Below are positions 25,822 to 40,844 of a DNA stretch of 64,000 nt, piece after piece. A program made the translations under genes and the position numbers. Positions within the stretch are counted from its first letter, which is position 1, and each line of letters starts with the position of its first letter. The stretch is from Octopus vulgaris (Eukaryota). The stretch lies in NCBI GenBank assembly GCA_951406725.2, contig OX597815.1:110174001-110238000 (forward strand), read 5' to 3'. The notes beneath the pieces are model-generated. The model saw only the letters and a program-made list of their open reading frames with translations. It made no database searches and was not told the origin of the DNA.

Positions 25822-26343
25822 GCGCGCACACACACACTCTCTCTCTCTCACTCTCTGTCTTTCTCTTATACACACACGCACACACATTGGAACATCAACG
25901 TAAATCACGATTAATGTGGTAATTTAAGCAGTGAAGGGTGATAAAAATAATTTGATAAGACGCAATAAAAACTCTTTCATCTAGCGATGATAGGCGACTT
26001 AAAACAGGCGGTAATGATTACCGGGAGAGGCGAACCAAGTTTGCTTCGCAATTTATATACGGTATAAATGGCAGCCCATGTCTTCTTCCTCTCTGCACAT
26101 ATTTATCTTTCTCAATCTTTGTGGTTGACCCTACCTTCTTTGCTGTTCCTACAGCAGTATTTTTCTTTAAAAAAAATTTATTCTTTTGTTTCCTTTTCTT
26201 TTTATTTGTTATATACAATATTATGTTTTATTGTTGTTAGTTGGCTTGCCGAGTAGCATATACCTACACACATACACAGACACACTCATTCACACACATG
26301 CATATGCATGCATGTATGCGTGGATATATATACATACATATAT

Positions 26344-26385
<42 letters not shown>

Positions 26386-28989
26386 GTACCTGCATTCATG
26401 CCTGTGTTTACATATATATATATATATACACACAAACGTATACATACATACATACATACATACATACATACATACATACATACATGTATATGTATATATG
26501 CGAGCTTATGTGAATGTATGTATGAGAGATGTGCCTGAATGTGTATATGTAGAGGTGTGCATGCGCGTGTTTCTAACCCTTATGTTTTTATTTTGTCTTT
26601 CGCTTGTTTCCCAATACACTCATTCACACACATACACGTACACACATACGAAGGCACATATAAGGTAAACTGTACATAAACTCATAAATGTTCGTGAAAG
26701 TCAAGAAAAGAAAAGCAAATATAAAAAGTTGAAAAATCGTAGAAACATTAATGTACCCAAAGACCTCTTATCATATGCCATATATCTTGATGTTATTACA
26801 CTTTAGAGGCACTATTGCCACACTTAAATACTTGATTATCAAATTTAAGTTTCATATTTCGCACTGGGTACATATTATACTTGTGGAGTATTTGCTAACA
26901 TATCTGGGACGGTGCTGCTACTGCTTGTTGCTTAGGCAGACATGTTAGACTGTGAAAAGAAAACTTTTCAATGGTCTGACAAAGATTCACGTTCATTTCC
27001 CTCACAATCTTGCTCAACCACTTGCTTACATATATGATTTTCTCCTCTTTCCTTCTCCTTTTGTCTGTGAAATCGCTTCTACAATAGTCTCTGTTCATTT
27101 CTACTCAGTTGCATAAGGGTTTTCACTAGACCACTCCTCTCCTTTTCACCTCTTTTAAGGAGCAAAGGAGTCGAATGTTCTTGGTCTTCTCTCCAAGTTC
27201 CTATATTAATCCTCCTCTGAGTTCTGCTAAACCCGTCTTTGTTACTGTGCTAATTACTGTGCTCTGATCTGTCTTCGTACAGCTTTAATTATCTAACATG
27301 TGATAGCCTAATCAGAGTAGCAAACCGTTACCCTTTGTTCCTGCTATTTTAACTTTTCAGTCTGTGTTTTTTCTCTCTCACATTTCTCTTCTCACTTCTG
27401 CTATTCATGCCTATGTGAAAGGTAAGACCTTTATAACACCTATTTGTCACTCACTTTTAATATTCATGAGCAGTAAATATATATATTTAAAAACTGGATC
27501 TAATACCGCTCTGTATACATATGAAAATGTTTTTGTGATATAGACTACAATTAGAAGCAGAAACATAACTTTTGGGCGCAATCGTATAATTGAAATCATA
27601 GTAATCATGTAGTGGTGAGAGCATGCTATAGTGATTAAGATGCGATGGGGCGAGTTTTAGCAGGATTTTTCAGTTTTAGGTTGGTAGATTGAAGATTTCG
27701 TCGTGCATTGCACCTTGTTACGTTCTCATTTTAAAATTTTGTCCAGATCAACTTTATTGTTCAACTTTCTGTGCTCGATTAAATTAAATACTAATCAAGA
27801 ATTGAGAGCCTGGGGTTTAATTGATCGTACAATTGTAGGCAATGGCAAAATAACTAAATTGAGATCCTAAAACAAGAAAAAGAATAAAATGCTAATTTCA
27901 GAATCAAACCAACAGAATGAAGTTCCATTGATAAATTTAACCAACATTTTTCCGTAATTTGGAAACTAGACTTTTTAAAATAGGTATTAAGGCGTCTTGA
28001 AACAAAGGAGAATGACGCAGAAACTTCAGACAAAATATCTGTCAATAATTTCTTTATAAAATTTACATGCTTCTCATTAACTTTTCTATAGACAATAACT
28101 TGGTAATCTATGATTTTTGCTACATTTCGATGGCTATTCTTGCTGGCCAGTAGAACAATGTTTGGTCTCGCATAATCATTTGATATTGATGTTTTAATCG
28201 ATAACTTCTAGCGACATGCTTTTGATTTATAGATCATTGAATCATTTCTATGATAATTGAAATATAGAATTGTTTTCATTTGTACTACTCTTAAGTTTCT
28301 AGCGTCGTTGTCATTTTCTTTCATAATGGCATTGCAAGCTAGCTCGTAGGCGTATATATTCATAAAAGCATAAAATATAATTATTATCCTTATTGCAAAT
28401 GCATACATAGAGATGCTTTATGTGTGTATGTATGTGTGCGAGTGTGAATGTGTGAGCGTGATTATGAGTGTGTGTAGAGAGGAATATGAAGCAATTGATA
28501 GATATTAGTAGACTAAATGATTTTGTTATAATTCTTTGTTCCTCTATTGTTGTAGTCACCATCATATTTCATCCAACAAATTACTATAAAACGTTCCAGT
28601 CATGACCACTCCTTTTCATTTTTAGGTATTGTATCTTGGGCTACATTATACAATGATCCGTTGTTACTTTGTAGTTTGAGGGAAATTAAGCTATTATATT
28701 TGTCAGATCAAGTGGGTAATGTTTCGGACGTCGATAGTTTACTATTGCTATACAAACATTATAGAATGATTTCAGTTGCATTGTGATTATCCTGCTAGAT
28801 GATACCAATTGTAGCCACTTTTGTTCACCTGCGTCCGTTCGAAAGCTTCATGGAATAGGTAAGATCGTTATAAGTGTCTCACTGTTCTACTTCATTTCTC
28901 CACTCTACGAATTCTGTTCAAAAAGTAACTGAGTTATAGATTTACTTACGACTTAAACTTGTCTCCTTCATTATTGCTTATTCCATTCT

Positions 28990-29332
28990 TGAGTTGCAAT
29001 ATTCTTTTCATACTTTGAAATGCGGGAGCAACTGTTTTGACGAAGACGCATCTTGTCCTAATGCTCGAAATGCAAAGTAGATAAAACAGTAGGCATCTGA
29101 TGAAGGGATTGTTCTTTATGTTGCCTGTCTTGTTTTTCTATTTGTTTCTTTCGTTGTTCGCAAAAAAAGTTCGTTTTCAATGCTTTTGCATTTCATATTA
29201 TCGTTTTTCATGTTGTTTACGTCCTGTACCCATATATGCATGTGTATATACGTATATACATATATATGTAAGTATGTACATGTATGTATATATGAATATA
29301 TATATTACATATATATATATATATATATATAC

Positions 29333-29399
<67 letters not shown>

Positions 29400-29960
29400 T
29401 AATAAATAAAACATATGCATATATATAAACATATATGTACGTACCTACCTCTACATGTATATATACACGCATATATGAGTACAGGACACAAAAAAAAAAC
29501 GTCGAACACAATGAGAAACGAAAACATAGACACAAACCCAAGGAAATGGACATTTTTTTAAACAACAAAAAAATAGAGTACAGGACAATTAACACAAAGA
29601 AAAAACCCCTTCTTCAGTCGCCATGGTTTCATCTACTCTACGTTTCGAAGGTGAAAGCGAGACGTATCTTCGAATAAGAAACTTTCCTTCCTGCGAAAAG
29701 CAAATCAATTAAAATTTGAGATATTTTTGCACAGGGGTAAAAATGGTAACAAACACAGGACAGTAACGACAGTACAAAATATAAGCAGTAAAAGACAGGA
29801 AAGGAAAAACAAGATAAGAAGGGCTGTTAACGCCGAACGAAAAAAGGTATTACGAACGCTGATTTCTGTGAACGACGAACGGAGCAAAAAGAATCGCCGT
29901 CCACACCTTGAGGAGGTCAAGCCAGAAAAGACAGTAGCGGAAGTCTCGTCGCGGGTCAAC
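28990..29960. repeat. Inverted pair of one interspersed repeat family around a (TA)n array, probably PLE-related
   Basis: CGAAATGCAAAGTAGATAAAACAGTAGGCATCTGATGAAGGG (+, about 29066-29107) versus CGAAACGTAGAGTAGATGAAACCATGGCGACTGAAGAAGGG (-, about 29607-29648). Confidence 0.55.
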
Positions 29961-30098
29961 GACAGGAAGGAGGAGGAGGAGCATATATATATATATATAT
30001 ATATGAAAGAAGGTATGAAAATACGATTTTAAAGATGTTTATTCGCTTGACTGGTTTCACTCTTTTAGGGAAATATTGTCAAAAGTAAAATGTAAAAC

Positions 30099-30788
30099 TT
30101 TGTATGAACTTTGTTGTGTTAAGTACTGGTTATCACAAAAGTATTAAAATACAGGTATACATTCTTTGATAATAATATGAAAGTTTAAAAACAGTTTACA
30201 AGAATGTATTTAAGAAAGTAATCAGAATGGGACTTCAAAAGTATTTTGAGTTCAATAATAATTTTGCTTATTTGGTAGTATATATATATATATATATATA
30301 TATTGACATCTTCCTGTCAAGAGTCCCAGATGAACCTACCTCACGGCAAGAGGTGCAAATGAGTGTAGCTATATCAAACTCCATTCTTCACCAAGTGCCA
30401 CATATTAGACGAGGTTCGTCGTAATAACAGTGTAGCACAAAACGGCGGTGCATCAGAGCATGGCCGCAGCTCTGAGCTGAAACTAAATATATATATATAT
30501 ATATATGTACACAGAAGGTGATATATTTAAGAATTTACAAAAAATTGTAGAGGAATAACTGACCTGTCTTTCTGACATTTTGTCTAGTCTGTAGCTAGGA
30601 AATGTTTGTATGAACTTTGTTGTGTTAAGTACTGGTTATCACAAAAGTATTAAAATACAGGTATACATTCTTTGATAATAATATGAAAGTATTAAAAACA
30701 GTTTACAAGAAAGTATTTAAGAAAGTAATCAGAATGGGGCTTCAAAAGTATTTTGAGTTCAATAAAAATCTTGCTTATTTGGTAGTAT
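30099..30788 (+). repeat. Direct duplication of about 183 bp (30099-30281 and 30605-30788)
   Basis: Nearly identical copies, TTTGTATGAACTTTG...TTTGGTAGTAT. Confidence 0.9.
30303..30487 (+). mobile_element. Extreme 3' end of a CR1/L2-group LINE
   Basis: DIFLSRVPDEPT...SNSILHQV* resembles LINE ORF2 C-termini (LDxFLxxVPDxP...SNSL). The 3' UTR matches the SINE family B tail. Confidence 0.65.
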
Positions 30789-31451
30789 TAAGGGACAGTG
30801 TGGGGGATTGGTTGGGGTGGGGAAAGGAAGAGTAATGTGGAATCAAAAGGACTTTTTGTTTCTGGGCTTGAACCATGACTGACTAGTCCAGTAGATAAAA
30901 GTTACACAGAGTACAAACGACAGAGAAGATTGAATTGGTGGGGATGTAAAGTTTACAAGACCAACAGCTGTTTCTGGGAGCTCGGAGGTCCATCATAATA
31001 TTGGTATATATAGTTCACCAATATATGCAGCCAATAATGGAAGTAAATAAACACTACATAAATCGAAGCTAGCTTCATGATGAGCCACACCAATATATTG
31101 TTACTATATATCGCGTACCTCTTCTCACAGGACTCATATACATGCAATGCATTAAAAACGGTGTGGTACAGAAATAACTGCTACTAAAAACAAAGTTGTG
31201 CTGTATCTACATTTCTCAATAGAGTGAACATGTACAAGTTTGCTTTTTTTGTAACATTTTTGAAATTTTACTGAAAAATTACTGGTCATTGGTAACCTTG
31301 TATAGCACTGTTTTATCCTTTTTGGAAAGATAACCTGATTTATTGATTTTTTCTTTTATAGATGGAAAATAATTACTGTCTGGAAGACATTCATGGAATG
31401 CTTGTTTATCTTGTTTTGCTTTTTCTTTTCTTGAGCGTAAGTATATGTATG

Positions 31452-31586
31452 TTACCAACCACGTAGTTCCAGGTTCAGTCCCACTGCGTGGCACCTTGGG
31501 CAAGTGTCTTATTCTATAGCCTCGGGCCGACCAAAGCCTTGTGAGTGGATTTGGTAGACGTAAACTGAAAGAAGTCCGCCGTATAA

Positions 31587-31661
<75 letters not shown>

Positions 31662-31862
31662 CGTGTACTTATGTGTCTGTGTTTGTCCCCACAACATCGC
31701 TTGACAACAGATACTGATGTGTTTACGTCCCCGTAACTTAGCGGTTCAGCAAAAGAGCCCGATAGAATAAGTACTAGGCTTATAAAGAATAAGTCCTGGG
31801 GTCGATTTGCTCGACTAAAGGCGGTGCTCCAGCATGGCCGCAGTCAAATGACTGAAACAAGT

Positions 31863-31866
<4 letters not shown>
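31452..31866 (+). mobile_element. SINE family B (slightly 5' truncated)
   Basis: Reverse complement of 3863-4240. Confidence 0.9.
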
Positions 31867-31911
<45 letters not shown>

Positions 31912-32036
31912 TATATAGAAGGAGCTTCTACAGGACTAGAACTGTTTCATTCAAGAGAATGTGGTTAACCCCGAATCAACCCGGGACCTACATATATATA
32001 TATATATATATATACATAAACATATATACATATACA

Positions 32037-32094
<58 letters not shown>

Positions 32095-32114
32095 TGTACA
32101 TATATATCAAGGAA

Positions 32115-32150
<36 letters not shown>

Positions 32151-33204
32151 TGTAATTCGGACGTGCTTTTATCTATACACACACACACATACATGCACTC
32201 TTTCTCACAGGACTCATACATACATTCACACATATGTACATATGTATGTGTGTATGTATGCATGTATATATGCATATATATATATATATATATATAAGTA
32301 TAATTCTCTTTTAAATACACCATGTATTTCTAGGAAGATGTTCTCTTCTTTCGGATGTATTATGTTAATAAACTTGAAATAATTTCTAATAGAATCTTCA
32401 CGTGCGTTGAACCGGCCACGCCCACCAAAGATACGAAGAGACAAACGAGATAGAGAAACAACGAAAGAATAACTCGAGGAAGAGAGAGAAATAAAGAGAG
32501 AGAGAGAGAGAAAGTGAGAGGGGGGGATAGAAAAGTGTTGGGTTGGTAAAAGGAAGGGAGAGTAAAAGAAAATGGTGCTGACGATGTTTAAGCAGCGCCT
32601 GAACACTGGCAGTGTTATGGTGTCGACATCTGCTGGTGGCAATCTTTCAGTTTTGGATACTTCAGAGCGTATTACCCACCCTTGGGCGAACCGTTTTTGT
32701 TTCTTCTTTTACGATGAAGTGTGCGTTCGTTCATGTGACTGTGTATATATGTGCATGTGTGTTCGGTAGAAGTGTGCATATTTATATTTTAATATAATTG
32801 GGTGGTATAAGTAAATGACGGATGTATCAGTCTTACATTTTGATTTAATTTATATACAACATTTTGCAAGACGCTATGTTTCTGTGTACACGTGGCTACA
32901 AACGAATATTCGTTGCATTGGGTATGAAGTCTGTCCGATCGCATTAACGGGTATAATACTTTCAACACCCACCCATCCACCTCCTTACATACACACATAT
33001 ACATCCAAGCACACACACGCATTCTTACTTTCACACAAAGGTACGTACACACACACACACACACGCACACACACACACACACGCACCACGCACGCACGCA
33101 TGCACGCATACGCACACATACATACGCATGCACATAGAGAACACAGAAACTCATACACCAACATCGACATGCTAAACATACATACATACATATATAGATG
33201 TATT

Positions 33205-33247
<43 letters not shown>

Positions 33248-33648
33248 TCATGCACACATGTATGTTTATTAATGTATATATGCATATTCATAGATACATA
33301 CTTATGTACATACATATATACACACATACATACATATCTGGATGCGTGAACAAATGTATTTTAGTGTGTCCGTGTGTATATGTATGTACGTACATATGTA
33401 TATGTAGCTTCCTGCGTTTGCATTTATTTGCATGTATGGAGAGCATTAATGAGTGTCTCAAACCATGTTATTAATACCTCTAATTGGTTAAATAGGAACC
33501 GGGGTACTTCAACATATGTTTAGCGCACTTTCTTTAGATGTGGCAAGAAGGGAGATAACCGGAAACAAATTATAATTTAATTACAGACTTCACCCCTACG
33601 TGAATGCCATTGTTACAATTGTCGTGAGTTCGTATTGTTGCTATTATC

Positions 33649-33688
<40 letters not shown>

Positions 33689-34297
33689 ACGTTATTGTTG
33701 TTATTTTAATGGCTTGCTTTATGATTTATATTTCTCTAGAAATTCTTAAAACCAGAGCCATTGCAAGAATGGAAAGCGTCTTAGGTTATTTTATACACAG
33801 TGAAGCATAAAAAAAAAATTAATAAATATACACTTCATTCACACCACTCGAGTTGGACCTTTTATAATAAAGGAGATGAAAAGCAACCAAAAGATTACTA
33901 CATTAAATTATCGTATAAACCGATAATCATAGCTAATTATCAACAGATTCGTCTTTGTTGGTTAACATCAATGCATTGGCATCTGTTGTTAAACAGTTGT
34001 TCTGTGTAGTATGTTGATTGACTGCATGTCGATGTCCTAGTGAATGAGTATGTTTCGAATGCGTTGTATGAGAGAACGGGTGGATATGTGAGTGGGGGAT
34101 ATTAGTTATGCTGTGTGTATGTATGTGATTATCAACATCTTGAACAACTAATCTTTACAATGAATGCGTGTTAACGATCTTTTATAAGTGACTACTCATA
34201 CAATAGCCAATCTGACACAGGCCAGTGGCTTGATCTTTCTAAAAGTTCGGTTATTGGTGGAGTTCTTTTATTGTTACAATGGCATTGTTACTTTTAA

Positions 34298-34657
<360 letters not shown>

Positions 34658-34660
34658 ACA

Positions 34661-34872
34661 AGGCGGTGAGCTGGCAGAATTGTTAGCACGCTGGACAAGA
34701 TGCTCAAAGGCATTTTATCCGCCTCTACGTTTTGAGTTCAAATTAAGCCGCGGTCGACTTTGCCTTTGATTCTTTCGGGGCCGATAAGTTAAGCACCAGT
34801 GAAACACTGGGTCGATGTAATCGATTAATCGCCTCCCCGCAATTTCAGGCCTTCTGTCTTTAGTAGAAAGGG
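34661..34872 (+). mobile_element. SINE family C, full length with (ATT)n tail
   Basis: GGCGGTGAGCTGGCAGAA head, GTTCAAAT B-box-like motif, shared body. Confidence 0.85.
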
Positions 34873-34897
34873 TTATTATTATTATTGTTATTATTAT

Positions 34898-35255
34898 TGA
34901 GTGAGAGAGTAGTCCGTACCATCAAAGTGATACTAGGGTAAAATATCTGAAGTCCCGTATACTCAGCATGACTATCCGTCTGATAAGGGTACACCAGGCA
35001 TGCAGCACAACCATATGTGCGCAACATGGTAATCTCATATCAAGATAAACAGCACATGACCTTGCAGGTGGGGCTCAGTTATAATTTTCCACAGGTGGAG
35101 TAGCCCTTCCCACTCAAATGGTCTCTGAATAAAGGCTGTTTAAGGATGTTGAACGAAACACCCATGTTTCTGAAGGTGAATTATCCAAACTCAAAAAAAT
35201 CCCCCTCAACACATGGCTATGATGCTCTCCCACTACTTCTGCTTCTGATTCCTGA
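34898..35255 (-). repeat. Longer copy of the (AAT)n-tailed unclassified repeat
   Basis: First 160 bp match 19492-19655. Confidence 0.7.
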
Positions 35256-35462
35256 TCATTCCTCCTCTTCTTCTTCTTCTTCCTCTTCTTCTTCTTTTTC
35301 TTCTTCTTCTTCTTCTCCTTCTTCTTCTTCTTCTTCTTCTTCTTCTTCTTCTTCTTCTTCTTCTTCTTCTTCTTCTTCTTCTTCTTCTTCTTCTTCTTCT
35401 TCTTCTTCTTCTTCTTCTTCTTCTTCTTCTTCTTCTTCTTCTTCTCCTCCTCCTCCTCATCA

Positions 35463-35543
<81 letters not shown>

Positions 35544-35544
<1 letters not shown>

Positions 35545-35755
35545 GGTGGTGAGCTGGTCGAACCGTTAGCACGAATCGTTAGACAAAATGCTCAGGGGCA
35601 TTTCGTCCGTCTTTAATTTTCTGGGTTCAAATTCTACCGTGGTCGACTTTGCCTTTCATCCTTTCGGAGGTCGATAAATTAAGTACCAGTGAAACACTGA
35701 GGTCGATGTAATCGACTTGTTCTCTCCCACATAATTTCAGGCATTTTGCCTATAA
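35544..35755 (+). mobile_element. SINE family C
   Basis: Similar to 34661-34872. Confidence 0.85.
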
Positions 35756-35766
35756 TGTAGAGTATT

Positions 35767-35843
<77 letters not shown>

Positions 35844-35893
35844 CGTTGTTGTTGTTGTCGTCGTCGTCGTTGTTGTTGTTGTTGTTGTTGTTG

Positions 35894-35929
<36 letters not shown>

Positions 35930-36029
35930 GTTTGGCTTGGCTCAGTTTGGCTTGGGTAACGGGCTACTGTCTGTAACCTTAGGTATCCCCGAGAGTTTTC
36001 AGCAATCTTTCAACACGCACACACACACT

Positions 36030-36124
<95 letters not shown>

Positions 36125-36176
36125 CACACACACTCACTATGAATCGTGCATTTAATTTTAAACTGTTTCAACAGAG

Positions 36177-36218
<42 letters not shown>

Positions 36219-37428
36219 AGAAAAATGTAAATATATAGATACAAATCATACACCAAGTCATTAAAAAGGCATAGCATTCGCTGCGGAATTTTGTCACAGA
36301 GAATAAATCTCTCTGTGTCGAATTTGTGACATCAGCAGTCAACGAAACTCAGTAATTCGGCATCACTTATTCCTCTCAGTAATGGCTACCACCTCGGTCA
36401 CTTGGAGCTAAATTGGAACTAATCTTCTAAAGAAACGGGAAACATTTGCTAGTGTGTGTCGAAGCTTATCAAGGTTGAAATAATTCCTTATAAACGCACA
36501 AAGTTGAAAATAATGATGCGTAAATTTATTTTTAACATTTATCTTTATCGTTGCTCCATTTTGTTGTCTCGAATAAATTTTTTCGCAATGGATTTTTTGG
36601 CGTAAATCAGAACTGTGGTTTCCAGCTCCAATATTCTTCATGGCTGAGGCGGGAACAAAAGTAATACTATCTTCCATTATAATTTAATTGCATATGGAGT
36701 ATTTAAGTAATTTAAGCTTTAAACATTTCTAACTTTCCACACGATTCTATGTAATACCTTGAAATGATAACCCCACATATTCGAGAACCGCTAGAAATTT
36801 TCTTCATTCTTTACTTGCTGTATCAGGGAAAATGTAGAAAGCTAATGAACCTTGCAAAATAGACATGAGAGTGGATTCTAGGGAAGAGATGTTCTGAGTA
36901 GGAAGCTCACGATAGACGTTTAGGTTAGGAATATCTAAGTGGAAGAGTATCGAAAAGAGTCAGCTCCGCGAAACAGAGGCTATTAAAAATTATACAATTA
37001 AACTAATTAAGTTATTTCTCTAACTCGCTTTGATTTATAATTATGTTAATTACTAATGGTAAAAACATCCTTAATTCCTTTACCGTTTGTGCAAAATTAT
37101 TTGTTCATTGAATAACCTATGTTGAGATTGACCAAGGTTTTCTCGTTGAAGATTGTTATTATTATTGTAGCTGTAAATAACGCCTGCTAACACAGATTAG
37201 TGTTCTCCTCTTTGAATGTATACAAATTACGTGTAAGTATTTTTTTTATTTCTTGAATTTATCTCCCCTTTTTTGAGAGTCGCAAACATTAGCCACTAGG
37301 TTTTTGTTGGTTTCCCCAGCTAAAATCAAATGTTAAGGAATTTTAAAAAATGAGTATTAACATTCAGTTTACGAGACCTTCTCTTATTTGTTTGAATTCA
37401 TGCTATATTTCCGCTTCTTTTGTGTATG

Positions 37429-37471
<43 letters not shown>

Positions 37472-38970
37472 CATTCTGTTTGATTTAGAATTCTGCTTAA
37501 TTAACGTTGATCTTGTTGGGTAAGCAATGGCTGCAATAACTAAAAAATGTGTAATTTCACATAAATGTTTATTGAATATATTTTTTCCTAGAGAATTCTA
37601 GATATCTGACGATTTGATTTTACATTTAATGTCGAAGTAATTGTAGTTAAAAGATCAATACTTTAGAATTTTATAATGTGGGCCAATTGAAATGTAGTAA
37701 ATACAGACATTAGGATTAATAAAACGAATTTCTTTCTAATTGAACAACCGTGCTACTACGATTGCTACTGTTGCGCATTTTCCTCCTCCTCCTTTTCGTC
37801 GTCGTCATCCTCTTCCACCTCCACCACCACCACCTCCTTCTCCTCCTCCTCCACCTCCACTACCACCTCCACTACCACCTCCTCCACCTCCTCCTCCTCC
37901 ACCACCTCCTCCACCACCACCACCTCCTCCTCCTTCACCACCACCATCTCTTCCTCCCCCTCTTCGGACTCCTCTGACTCCACCACCACCACCACCACCA
38001 CTACCACCACCACATACTACTACTACTACTACTACTACTACTTACACTGACAACGTCATTAACTATACGAAATGCAGAAAGTGATAGTTGACTAGTTAGC
38101 TAGCTATGTACATAAATAGTATGGGAGGGACAGAGAGAGAGAGAGAGAGGGGGGGAGATAGCCAGATATATATAGAGGGAAACAAATAAAGAGGGGAAGC
38201 GGGGAAAAAAGACTAAGTGTTTAATGCAAAATGTTAGCTACACATTTAAAGTAATACGGGTGTAATGTAGAGGCTGTCTATGAGGGACGAGAATAGATCA
38301 TCTAGTAAGTCAGAGATAGCGGGCAATCCGATAAGCCCTTCATCACTGGTACACTGTTTCAAAGAAGTTGCTGATGGTTTATAGCATAACTCACTTCCAG
38401 CCATAAATATTCCGAACTATCACGCTAAATGTCGGTGATATATAAACCAAGAATTAAGGCCGAATGATATGTTTTGGTGATTTTCGTCCGTGAACACTCG
38501 ACATACTCATTGCTTTCTGACAATTAGATGGGTTGAAAGAGTTCTTTGCCCTTTTTAACAGCTTACAGATGGCTGCGCTTTTCTTTTTTTGTTCTTTATT
38601 TTATTTTATTTTTTTTACAAGTAAGGTTTATGATGCTGGGAAATATATTTCTCAGATAAGTACACTTTGATGACGATAGAAATTTGATATGGTTATAATG
38701 CTATTTTTGGTCGTTTAGCACTATTCTGAATAATAGCTCGAAATAATTCAAACTTTCAATCGGAATTGATTTAAAAACACGTACGAAATTTACCTTTTTA
38801 ATCTTAGAACAAGCTTCATATGAATATGATTTGCTGAGGATCGATTACTCCCTCTAACTTAGAAAATTCATATTGGCGATTGAAACCGGGTTTATAGAAG
38901 CGGCAGCGAAAGAAATCATCACATCCCTGTTATCATTTATTTGCTTTTGTGTCAGTGTACACTAAGCTTG

Positions 38971-39245
38971 TGGAGGCACATGGCCTAGTGGTTAGAGCAG
39001 CAGACTCGGGATCGCGGGTTCGAATCTCAGACCGGGCGATGTGTGTGTTTATGAGCGAAACACCTAAGTTCCATGCAGCTCCGGGAGAAGGTAATGGCGA
39101 ACTTCTGCTGACTCTCTCGCCACAACTTTCTCTCACTCTTTCCTCCTGCATCTTGCAGCTCACCTGCGACGGATCGGCGTCCCGTCCAGGTGGGGAATCT
39201 ATACGCTAAGAAAAGCGGGAGTCAGGCATGGCTCGAGAAGGAACA
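38971..39245 (+). mobile_element. SINE family A, tail type 2, with 12-bp TSD
   Basis: Shared head and body. Flanks ACACTAAGCTTG (38959-70) and ACACTCAGCTTG (39246-57). Confidence 0.88.
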
Positions 39246-40844
39246 ACACTCAGCTTGATTTGGACCAGATCCAGCCAGAGTATTCACTGATGAAATTACG
39301 CGGGAAATTTAGTCAACGTTGGTAAAATTTGGTTTAGTGCGATCTATACCGGCAGGCCATGCAACTACCAATGACCGGCGCATTGGTAGTACCGACCAAA
39401 GCAAAGCAGCCACGGAATACCAGAACAACATTATCCTGTATTTCAAAGAAGACGGGATTTGTAAGCTACTTATCTACGTAGAGGTCTACGCCACCAATAA
39501 CAACTGGTTACCGGAGCAAACGCAAACTGGTCATTAGGGAAGCACTGAACCCTCGCTTACTCGCTCGTCCTTAGTTAGTGTTACCCGTTCTTTCACGAAC
39601 AGGTATGGGAGGGAGCTTACTCGACAGAATTCATCAACTTGTGCACTGAGTTCTAGATTGATCTCAGTTTACAGCATACTGAGGCACTTTCAATTGATTC
39701 TGTGGATCAGCTACAACAATTGTTTCGAAGGAAATGGACAAGTGCTGTGAGGTTTTAAATAAGCTGTTGAACACAAAACGGTTGAACATAATTAATTTCA
39801 TTTATACTCACGAGAATGCAACTTCAGAATCTGCTTATTGCTTGACACAGAAATCATTATGCTATGCACTCTTTTTATCTCTCTATCGTTAAGTACTCTG
39901 TCATTAAGTCTGTGACGACTTTTTGATTTCCTCATAATTATCTTTTCTATATTGTATCTGAAATATTTACCAGAATGTACAGCAGATGACAAAATTGGGA
40001 CAGTGTCAGAGAATTTGCAGTTAAATAGACACTGGTTCCGAATTTCTAAGACAATGAAGTAAGAAAGAGTCAGGTATCCCGTAACGACATAATGGAATCT
40101 AACTCTCCAAAGCGCATGGCATTGCGCCTGTTACAAGTCATTATAGTTTTAGAAGTAAACAGAACAAAGTCGAACATGTTTCGTCTAGAAATACAATACA
40201 GATACAAAGACATACGATCGCAGCAGCAGCAGCAGCAGTGGCACCACCACCACCAACAACAACTACAACAACAACAAAAACAGTATCAGTTTTATTTACG
40301 ATACTCTTTCAGGCAAAGTGATTTCAGAGAAAGATGATATACATACGTTAAAATGCTACATTCAGCAGTAATATGGTAGGTGTCTCTAGATATCTATATA
40401 TGTCCATAGTAGGTGTCTATAATATGCTTAACCCATGAAAAATGTTACTATAAAACTAAATAGAAACTAAATAGCAATAAACATATAAACATGTAAGCTA
40501 AAATGTAATACATAAATCATAAACAAAATTCGGAAAAAAGAGGAAAGAGATGAAACTGAGCAATGAATGGTAATGATTGGAAAGCAGAAAGAATAAAGAA
40601 AGTCCAACGATTTGTTAAAGAAAGGTGATCTGCTGGAAATTACTGAGAATAAAATGCTATAGCCCTTATATATTTACCTGTTTTGTTGTTATATTCGATA
40701 TTCTATGGTTTGCAACATGAATACAAAATGTGAAAAAAAAAAAGGTTACCAGCGTATTTACGGTCTGAGAAACATGTGATATTTTAGAAACATGAGAATT
40801 ATATGTATGTATTCCTGTATGTATGTATGTACGTATGTATGTAT

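Noticed and set aside
32607-32630. miR-34-like TGGCAGTGT
   Set aside because: Only 9 nt match and there is no convincing precursor hairpin.
37740-38084. Proline-rich, formin-like ORF
   Set aside because: It is a CCT/CCA compound microsatellite with no flanking coding signal.
38320-38580. Tc1-like VFTDE fragment on the minus strand
   Set aside because: Single short motif with no TIR or collinear support.
39287-39310. CTGATGA...GAAA as a hammerhead (also CTGATGA at 2157 and 53200)
   Set aside because: Stems I, II and III cannot be formed.
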